Assembly: GCF_001652585.1 (NCBI RefSeq)
Contig: NZ_LWLG01000025.1
Location: forward strand, 1-9,971
Source: Thermosulfurimonas dismutans
Lineage (GTDB): Bacteria; Desulfobacterota; Thermodesulfobacteria; Thermodesulfobacteriales; Thermodesulfobacteriaceae
Reading direction: 5' to 3'
Length of the DNA: 9,971 nt
The notes under the pieces are model-generated. The model ran no database searches, was not told the DNA's origin, and saw only the letters and a program-made list of their open reading frames with translations. How positions within the stretch are numbered: the stretch's first letter is position 1; each line of letters begins with the position of its first letter. Below are positions 1 to 6,185 of the stretch, in pieces. Made by a program: the position numbers and the translations under genes.

Positions 1-12
1 AAAGTAAGTTAA

Positions 13-225
13 TTAAATGAATATGTCCCTGAGAATCGCCAACCATATAGGCGCGTGAATATTTGGATCACCTCCCACCAGAAACCGATCCTCAGGCAAG
101 ATAATAGACCAGTTACCCGAGGCATCTTTCTTGAGAATTTTTACTTTATCTCCCTCAAATAACACATAAATGTTCTGCTTAAAGACAGCCAGAGATTTCG
201 GATAGCTTAGTTCCGGGTGATACAT
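13..225 (-). CDS. hypothetical small protein (70 aa), no family recognised
   Basis: ATG at 225-223 and TAA at 15-13. An AAGAGG Shine-Dalgarno-like motif (reverse complement of 231-236) sits 5 nt upstream of the ATG. The ORF is on the same strand as the giant gene and directly downstream of it. I recognise no motif in the translation. Confidence 0.45.
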   Translation of the reverse strand: MYHPELSYPKSLAVFKQNIYVLFEGDKVKILKKDASGNWSIILPEDRFLVGGDPNIHAPIWLAILRDIFI

Positions 226-325
226 AAAAACCTCTTGATACCATCTGGCAAGAGAAGGAGCAGAGAGTAAACAAAGGAAGAATATAGAAGAATATAAAGG
301 AAAAAATTCGATAGATTCTTAACAT
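179..325 (-). CDS. possible 48-aa hydrophobic micro-ORF translationally coupled to the giant gene
   Basis: Absent from the supplied track, apparently below its size cut-off. Its ATG (325-323) overlaps the giant-gene stop TGA (327-325) as TGATG. My translation is MLRIYRIFSFIFFYILPLFTLCSFSCQMVSRGFYVSPGTKLSEISGCL, ending at TAA 181-179, with one signal- or TM-like hydrophobic stretch. The region is T-rich on this strand, so a hydrophobic translation could arise by chance. Confidence 0.2.
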   Translation of the reverse strand: MLRIYRIFSFIFFYILPLFTLCSFSCQMVSRGFYVSPGTKLSEISGCL

Positions 326-3300
326 CATTTCACCCCCCATTCCGTGCAATTTTTATAGGAATACCTTTCGGGAAGGGAAAGGGCGGTTTCTCTCTGCCAG
401 CCGGAAGCGGAACGAAAAGCATACTCCAGATCTTCCTGAACCTTACGATAATAAAGCACATGAACGGTCCCATTTTCGTCGAGGGCTAACGAAGGAATAG
501 TAGTTTCATAAAGATCGCCTATGCCCGTCTCAGAAATCCCTTCCGTAGACCATGTGCCGTTTTCGAAACGGGCAAAGTAAACCGCCGCGGTTACGGGATC
601 GTAATACACCACAAAGGGCCGATTGGCGGAATCGAAGCCCAGAGAAGGATAGACGGCCCTACAGGTAACATTGTCAACCTCCCAGGAGGTCCCGTTGAAA
701 TAATTATACTTAAGACAGGCCGGATAAAGCTGACCCGAAGCAGGAACCGAATAAACCACCCCCGGGGTTCCATTGGCATCAAGAGCCAGTGAAAGCAGGG
801 AATGTTCGGCCCTTATCTCTGTTCCGTTGGCCACGGTCTGGGTACGCCATTCTCCTCCTTCTCTAAAGGCATAAAGAATAGCCCTTTCCGAAGTTCGATA
901 ATAAACCAGATGAGGTCGATCCGAGTCATCAAGCACCAGCGAAGGATAAGCGGAAGAGCCGTTCCCATCCACGACCTGCGTCTGCCAGCCCGAAGCGGCC
1001 CTATAAGCATATTTGAGGTTTCCGGAAGTATCCGTATAAACCAGATGGAGACCTCCCTGAGAATCCACGGCCAGCGAGATGTAACCCTGAACATCTACCC
1101 CCTGACCCACATCCTCTTTCTGCCAGGCCGAACCCTCCCACCAGGCGTGTCTCAGGGTGCCGTTTACCACATAGGCCACATGAAGCCTTCCCTCAGAGTC
1201 GCTAACGAGAGAAAGATGCGGACCAATATCAGCCACCTTCAGCCCATCCCTTATCCCCTCTTCCAGAACCTCGGTGTGCCATCCGGTATCGTCCTTCCAG
1301 AGGTGATAGAGTGAACCCCGGTAATAGACCGCATGAGGGCTTCCGTCACGGTCCACCACAAGGCTTTCCGGAGAAAGCCCGGAGAAGAAATCCGTCCGCT
1401 GAGTGCAGGTTCTTTTCCACAGGCTCGAAGCCAGGAACCAGCTGCACTCCTCGGCATAAGGTTCTATGCCATTTTGAGGGTCATAGAAGTTACACTTCCG
1501 GGCCTCAAGCGGCCCAACTTTCACCTCCGTGGCATTAGTTACAGTCTCAAATATTCTCTGATAGAGATCCTCGGGAAGGATCTCCCAAGGATCAAGACCC
1601 AGGGTGCCGCTTTCCGGAGGCGGGCCGTAATAACGGAGGGTGTAAGAGGAATTGGGAGCTATAAAACTCTTTTCCACGAAAATGTCATCCAGCTGGCTGG
1701 CGTCATTTCCACCGAAAACGACTTCCTGCCCTTCGGATTCCGCGTGCACCGAAAGGGAAAGCATCCTCGAAGAAAAGTCGGAAAGCCGGGTAAGATAGAG
1801 GAATTTACCCGCCTCAAGATCGCTCAAGAATTGCTCGGGAGTAAGGATTCGATCCACATAGTAATTAAAGGTTCCGTTATCCAGATGGTAGCGGACCAGC
1901 ACCCGGGCCGCGGAATCCCCGGTAAAAGGCGGAACCAGGGTCACCCGAGCGGTAAGCCTTCCGTCGTTGTCGGTAAAGCCTTGGTAGGATTCTTCATACC
2001 CTAAATTGTACATATTCCCTTCAAAGAGGCTGAAGACCTCGAACCGGTGATTTCGGAAGTCATCGCGGGGGTTCCCGGAATAGGAAAAAGTGCCATTATA
2101 AGTAAGGGAAGAGAGGAATCCTTCGGAATTAAGATGATAGGTGTCGTTTGCGCTCAAGTGGAGCCAAAAGACTCCCGGATTTCCGGAAAGAAGAACCAGA
2201 GGAACCCCGGTAGAAAGGTAAAGGGTAGAATTATCATTGTAAAGTGCACCGAATTCATTCATGGGCTCATAAGGCAGGCCGATAAACCCGGAATATCCCC
2301 CAAGCGAAAGGGTTCCGGAAAAGTTTTTAAGGAGATGGAGGATCCTTCCTCCTCCGAGCTGGGCGGTGCGGAAGAAGGAACGCATCATAAAGTCCGTTGT
2401 ACTTCCGGAGAACTTCCACCCGTCAAGACGGCAACAACCACCTCCCCCAATCAGATCCAGAATCTCGTTTCGGATAAAATCGCGCACATCGTGAGACCCG
2501 GGTTTCACTCCCGAGACTACCACGGTAGCGGCTTCCTTAAATCCGAGATAGGAGAGCCTATAGAGATAAAGCTTTCCTCCGTCTTCGGGATAACGGTTCA
2601 AATAGTCCTGATAAATTTCCTCCGGAGTGGATACACCGTCTCCGTTAAAATCCGGAAGACCGAAAAGAGCAGCCTCAACACACCGTTTGTTAAGGAGAGC
2701 GTCCCACATATACCATGCCGGATAAGAGGATTCATAACTCCACTGTTCCCATAATCTCCAGGCGAAGGCGAACCACTCGGGAACCACTATATTGCGGGTA
2801 TCAAGGTGAAAGGCGAGGTTCACCGAGGAGGTTACATAGTCAAAGCTCACCGTGCCGTTTTCGTCGGTGCGACGGGTCTCCACCGGGCGGAAGTTCTCGT
2901 CAAGAAGAGTAACGTAAATACCCTCAAAACCGGTGCTCAGGGTGAGGCCGGTAATCCCACCACCCCCCTCAACCGTCACATGGGAAACCGAACTCACCAC
3001 AGAGGTGCCATCCGAGACCCGGACCTCCACGGTGTAAACACCGGGCTCGGTAAAAGTGTATGTAAGGGAGGGGGTTCCGGAAGCAACCACTTTTCCGTTC
3101 ACATACCAGGTATAGCTCAAGGGATCGCCGTTGGGATCTACGGCCTCAACGGTAAAGGTATATTTCTCCCCGGCTCCGAGACGGATGGTCTCCGAAGGAA
3201 GGGGTCGGGTGAAATAGGGCCTGGTGCTTTCAATATAAACCCGGAAAGAGCGTTCGTCCTCATGCCCCTTCCGTCCGTCGGTAACCTTTAACGTAAAGGT

Positions 3301-6012
3301 ATTGTTTCCTGCAGGAAGCACTTCCGGCGGAAGCTGGAGCAGAAAGTTACAAATTTGATTTTTGGGCCTGCAGGAAGCTTCCTTGAGAAGGTTTTCTTCA
3401 TGAAAAACCCTTATGGTCAGGTTATCGCTTTCCGCATCATAGAGGGTTAAATAAGCGGTAAGAGTATCGTTATCCGTAATTCTGGTTTGCGGAAGAGAAA
3501 GCCGAAGAATGTGGGGAGAAAAGTTATCCGTAAAGTGTAAAGTAAACTGGAAGGGAAGGACTGCCGGCCCCGTGAGGGTGCCATTTACTACCTGATCACC
3601 CGGAGGAAAAACACATTCAAAAGAAAACGACCCTTTACGGGTGCAATTAGTGTTATCAAGGGAAACCTTTGTGGTATCCAAGGCCATTATGCGTAAAAGA
3701 TAAGTCCCGTTGTAATAAATCTCTTCATATGGATCCTTATAGAAAGTTCCCGACTCGGGAGGCTTTAATTGATAACCCAAGAATCGAGGCTTTTTGTAAG
3801 ATATATGAATAATAGAGAAGTCTCGTTTTAAGGTTACGTTATCGTAACCATCGGTTACCGTAACCTCGGTCCACCAGGAGGTTTCGTTGGCTGCCGGGTG
3901 AAAACGACACCGGGCATGAGAAGCACGAGAAATGGTTCCGTTATAGACTTGATTATCAAAGGATATAACCCCCTGGGGACAGCGCACGGAGACAATACGC
4001 AGAGGGTCCCCGTCCGGATCTTCGGCCCGGATTATGACAGCCATTACTACATCCCGATCTATGCTCCAGACGGTTCCGGGGATCTGTTCACGACCAAGGG
4101 TAAAACTCACCTCCGGAGGATTGTTCCCCTCCTGAAGAACAACCCTGTTCTCTCCTCCGACTTCCACTATGGAATTGGTAGCCCGCAGATGCTCGCCGAA
4201 AAAGCGATAAGAACCTGGAGGAATATTCTCAAACACCGCCTCTCCTTCCTCGTTTGTCTCCTTGCACTTTAGAAAGAACTTATTATCGCTTATGCAGACC
4301 CTTTTCCCAGAAAGGACATCTCCGGCGGCGCTTCGGGCAAGGACCACCACGGAAGTGGTATTTTCAGCAAGACTAAACTCATAAACACAGGAGAGCCAGT
4401 CGTAATTCTCCCTTTCCTCCTTTGTGGGTTCTCTGAATTCAGAAGGATCAAGAGGTAGCAACCCAATTCTCGGAAACATTGCATAGAATTTTACTTTTTT
4501 CCTTTCTATGAAATTTTTTGCCGCTGTGCAGTTGAAGGAGTAGTCTTTTTGTACAAGGAGAGGTTCCTGCAATTTGAGAAGGGTTTTACCTTTTTCATCC
4601 GTGAAATTTCCGGCACTAATTCCTTGGCCCTCGGCCTTTATAAGGATCCCCGGAAGACCGATCCTGAATAAGAACCTGTATTCCAAAACCGGCACATAAG
4701 GGATACCCTGTACATCTTCCGGCGCTTCTCCTCCACCGGTCTCCCCTCCTCCACCTTCGCTTATTACTGGTTTCACACAATTTCTATAGTACAAATCATA
4801 AGAAACTATATCCCCTTTAGCTGCTTCTGCCTTCCAGATATTGCAATCTTCATATGGATATGGAGAAGGCCAAGCTCCAAAAATGCTGGCCGCGACATAA
4901 TCTAAATTCCACCACACTCCTTCCTTAGGTCCCCTAAAAACCATTACCGCGCTTCCGCCGGAAGCGGTTTCAGAACATTCAGCAGGAGTAAGTGTTCCAT
5001 CCGGGTTAACCTTGCATAAAGTAAGAGTTCCCCGATATTCCCAGCCTCCGGTGGCATTTCCGGAGGGAAATCTATAAAGAGGGGTTTGACAGCCGGGGGT
5101 GTTGCGATCCGCATCCCCAAGGAGATTTACCTTATCCAAAGCCCCGGGAGTGAGATAGATATAAATATCTCCCCAACAAGGATCGTCTGTTTGTCTCGTT
5201 CCACCTCTTTGCTTCAGGGTTACGGGATTTCCGTCCTGATCCCTCAGGTCCAGGTAAGAAAACATTACGCTCTCGAGAGCTACCTCAGGAAGCTTGTGAT
5301 TGGGGTCCTCTCCCCGGAAATCGCCCGGGAAATACCTTATATCCTGGGGGTCGCTCGAATCAAAACCCCTCAGGGTTACCGTGAGACTGGTAACATTGTC
5401 CGGAACCTCAGCAGGATCTATTCTTACGGCCACCAGGCTTCCATTGGCCGTAATAGCTCCAGGAGCCCGCACTCCCCGATAAGTTCTGAGAGAGCCGTCC
5501 TCGCCATAAACCACCCAGATAGGCCCCGCGGCACGGGTCGTCTCGTTGAGAGAAATGGTAACGCTCGGGGCCGGTTCAAGCTCTATGTCGCTTATACTGA
5601 GAGATGCCCCCGGATAAAGGGAATATTCTTTGGCGTAAGGGATAAAGCCCGGGGCCTGAACCTCTATCAACCCCCGTGTTCCCTCAAGAGGCACCCGAAC
5701 TCCGTAAAACCGGAAATACCCTCCAGCATCCGTTAATGCGGAATAAACTTTGTCCCCGGCCTCGGGATCATATTCGCCATCCCGATCCATATCCACCAGA
5801 AGATCCACACTGATACCCTCCAGAGTAGCATTAACCAGGACACCCTCCGCATAACGCACCTGCCCGGAAACCGTAACCTCCCCGAAACCTCGCGTGCCGA
5901 AGGAAACCGCAGAGGAACTCTCCTTACCGCCTCCTCCACCTCCCCCACAGGAGGCAATCAAGAGTAAAAGCCCCAGGAAAGCCAGAAATTTTTTGACTCT
6001 GACTTTCTTCAT
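325..6012 (-). CDS. giant (1,895 aa) multidomain cell-surface lipoprotein: CarboxypepD_reg-like, PKD/Ig-like modules, large unassigned regions, C-terminal 7-repeat beta-propeller-like array
   Basis: An uninterrupted 5.7-kb ORF. AGGAG (reverse complement of 6021-6025) lies 8 nt upstream of the ATG at 6012-6010. The N-terminus MKKVRVKKFLAFLGLLLLIASC is a lipoprotein signal peptide followed by GGGGGGG. Residues about 45-145 (VTVSGQVRY...TDAGGYFRF...GFIPY) resemble a carboxypeptidase-regulatory-like beta-sandwich. A DPDGDP-containing Ig/PKD-like module lies at about nt 3800-4120. A canonical PKD module lies at nt 2968-3219. Gly3-4 linkers separate the modules. The C-terminal repeats are listed as a separate feature. 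Confidence 0.95.
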   Translation of the reverse strand: MKKVRVKKFLAFLGLLLLIASCGGGGGGGKESSSAVSFGTRGFGEVTVSGQVRYAEGVLVNATLEGISVDLLVDMDRDGEYDPEAGDKVYSALTDAGGYFRFYGVRVPLEGTRGLIEVQAPGFIPYAKEYSLYPGASLSISDIELEPAPSVTISLNETTRAAGPIWVVYGEDGSLRTYRGVRAPGAITANGSLVAVRIDPAEVPDNVTSLTVTLRGFDSSDPQDIRYFPGDFRGEDPNHKLPEVALESVMFSYLDLRDQDGNPVTLKQRGGTRQTDDPCWGDIYIYLTPGALDKVNLLGDADRNTPGCQTPLYRFPSGNATGGWEYRGTLTLCKVNPDGTLTPAECSETASGGSAVMVFRGPKEGVWWNLDYVAASIFGAWPSPYPYEDCNIWKAEAAKGDIVSYDLYYRNCVKPVISEGGGGETGGGEAPEDVQGIPYVPVLEYRFLFRIGLPGILIKAEGQGISAGNFTDEKGKTLLKLQEPLLVQKDYSFNCTAAKNFIERKKVKFYAMFPRIGLLPLDPSEFREPTKEERENYDWLSCVYEFSLAENTTSVVVLARSAAGDVLSGKRVCISDNKFFLKCKETNEEGEAVFENIPPGSYRFFGEHLRATNSIVEVGGENRVVLQEGNNPPEVSFTLGREQIPGTVWSIDRDVVMAVIIRAEDPDGDPLRIVSVRCPQGVISFDNQVYNGTISRASHARCRFHPAANETSWWTEVTVTDGYDNVTLKRDFSIIHISYKKPRFLGYQLKPPESGTFYKDPYEEIYYNGTYLLRIMALDTTKVSLDNTNCTRKGSFSFECVFPPGDQVVNGTLTGPAVLPFQFTLHFTDNFSPHILRLSLPQTRITDNDTLTAYLTLYDAESDNLTIRVFHEENLLKEASCRPKNQICNFLLQLPPEVLPAGNNTFTLKVTDGRKGHEDERSFRVYIESTRPYFTRPLPSETIRLGAGEKYTFTVEAVDPNGDPLSYTWYVNGKVVASGTPSLTYTFTEPGVYTVEVRVSDGTSVVSSVSHVTVEGGGGITGLTLSTGFEGIYVTLLDENFRPVETRRTDENGTVSFDYVTSSVNLAFHLDTRNIVVPEWFAFAWRLWEQWSYESSYPAWYMWDALLNKRCVEAALFGLPDFNGDGVSTPEEIYQDYLNRYPEDGGKLYLYRLSYLGFKEAATVVVSGVKPGSHDVRDFIRNEILDLIGGGGCCRLDGWKFSGSTTDFMMRSFFRTAQLGGGRILHLLKNFSGTLSLGGYSGFIGLPYEPMNEFGALYNDNSTLYLSTGVPLVLLSGNPGVFWLHLSANDTYHLNSEGFLSSLTYNGTFSYSGNPRDDFRNHRFEVFSLFEGNMYNLGYEESYQGFTDNDGRLTARVTLVPPFTGDSAARVLVRYHLDNGTFNYYVDRILTPEQFLSDLEAGKFLYLTRLSDFSSRMLSLSVHAESEGQEVVFGGNDASQLDDIFVEKSFIAPNSSYTLRYYGPPPESGTLGLDPWEILPEDLYQRIFETVTNATEVKVGPLEARKCNFYDPQNGIEPYAEECSWFLASSLWKRTCTQRTDFFSGLSPESLVVDRDGSPHAVYYRGSLYHLWKDDTGWHTEVLEEGIRDGLKVADIGPHLSLVSDSEGRLHVAYVVNGTLRHAWWEGSAWQKEDVGQGVDVQGYISLAVDSQGGLHLVYTDTSGNLKYAYRAASGWQTQVVDGNGSSAYPSLVLDDSDRPHLVYYRTSERAILYAFREGGEWRTQTVANGTEIRAEHSLLSLALDANGTPGVVYSVPASGQLYPACLKYNYFNGTSWEVDNVTCRAVYPSLGFDSANRPFVVYYDPVTAAVYFARFENGTWSTEGISETGIGDLYETTIPSLALDENGTVHVLYYRKVQEDLEYAFRSASGWQRETALSLPERYSYKNCTEWGVK
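328..1374 (-). repeat. seven tandem protein-level repeats (45-51 aa each) forming a putative 7-bladed beta-propeller at the C-terminus of the giant lipoprotein
   Basis: The units begin at ESLVVDRDGSPHAVYY, LSLVSDSEGRLHVAYV, ISLAVDSQGGLHLVYT, PSLVLDDSDRPHLVYY, LSLALDANGTPGVVYS, PSLGFDSANRPFVVYY and PSLALDENGTVHVLYY. Each is followed by ..L.YA.....gW..e.v. The spacings I counted are 51, 45, 45, 49, 50 and 51 aa. The repeats have diverged at the DNA level. Confidence 0.75.
2968..3219 (-). other. PKD domain within the giant lipoprotein (about aa 932-1015)
   Basis: The translation is FTRPLPSETIRLGAGEKYTFTVEAVDPNGDPLSYTWYVNGKVVASGTPSLTYTFTEPGVYTVEVRVSDGTSVVSSVSHVTVE. It matches the classical PKD signature (F.a.a.Dp.g.l.Y.Wdfgdg......p.h.Y...G.Y.V.l.v.D). 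Confidence 0.85.
5947..6012 (-). other. lipoprotein (SPase II) signal peptide with lipobox I-A-S-C, Cys22
   Basis: The n-region is basic (KKVRVKK), the h-region is FLAFLGLLLL, and the lipobox is IAS|C. The Cys codon is at 5949-5947. A Gly7 tether follows, encoded by mixed GGN codons at 5926-5946. Confidence 0.85.
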
Positions 6013-6026
6013 CGTTTTTTCTCCTA

Positions 6027-6056
6027 ATAGTGAATTGCGCTATAGTGAATTGCGCT
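6027..6056. repeat. perfect tandem duplication of a 15-bp unit (ATAGTGAATTGCGCT x2) just upstream of the giant-gene RBS
   Basis: Positions 6027-6041 and 6042-6056 are identical, read directly from the sequence. On the gene strand this reads AGCGCAATTCACTAT AGCGCAATTCACTAT T AGGAG. Confidence 0.9.
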
Positions 6057-6061
6057 GGGGA

Positions 6062-6091
6062 ATTATGGCTCTATTAGATCCGGAAAATCAA
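6062..6091 (-). promoter_or_regulatory. candidate sigma70-type promoter of the giant lipoprotein gene
   Basis: On the minus strand, TTGATT (reverse complement of 6086-6091) is followed by an 18-nt spacer and CATAAT (reverse complement of 6062-6067). The predicted TSS near 6055 would put the 15-bp tandem repeat at the very start of the transcript. This rests on a motif match only. Confidence 0.35.
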
Positions 6092-6112
6092 GTCGACAAT
6101 CTGCCAACTTCT

Positions 6113-6154
6113 GTCGTCTTTTCGGTTGACGACTTTGTAGTCCTTTTGTAGTCT
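6113..6154 (+). promoter_or_regulatory. candidate promoter/operator of the membrane LuxR gene: inverted repeat GTCGTC-N9-GACGAC overlapping TTGACG (-35), TAGTCT (-10), and 11-bp-phased TTTGTAGTC repeats
   Basis: GTCGTC at 6113-6118 pairs with GACGAC at 6128-6133. TTGACG at 6126-6131 is followed by a 17-nt spacer and TAGTCT at 6149-6154. TTTGTAGTC occurs at 6134-6142 and again at 6145-6153. The -10 is weak and I see no clear SD before the ATG at 6186. Confidence 0.3.
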
Positions 6155-6185
6155 TTCTGTAAACTAGGGTGTTTTTTGCGGAAAA

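Noticed and set aside
325-1374. A diversity-generating retroelement target, or a CRISPR, tRNA, rRNA or riboswitch element, anywhere in the window
   Set aside because: I saw no near-identical template/variable repeat pair, no reverse transcriptase, no regularly spaced direct repeats, and no cloverleaf-like or conserved RNA motifs. The intergenic space is limited to 226-324, 6013-6185, 7482-7579 and 9128-9204, and the features listed above account for it.
802-5736. A series of long plus-strand ORFs (802-1314, 1333-2004, 2047-2754, 2806-3291, 3898-4272, 5086-5736, 5300-5482) antisense to the giant gene
   Set aside because: All lie entirely inside the 5.7-kb minus-strand ORF, which has clear domain content. 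Their translations are Arg/Pro/Gly/Ser-rich and low in complexity, with no motifs or RBS. They are typical antisense shadow ORFs.
5926-5946. The Gly7-encoding tract, considered as a possible slippage-prone phase-variation repeat
   Set aside because: The codons are mixed (GGG GGA GGT GGA GGA GGC GGT). There is no long homopolymer or perfect short tandem repeat, so slipped-strand variation is unlikely. It is more likely a flexible tether after the lipidated Cys.
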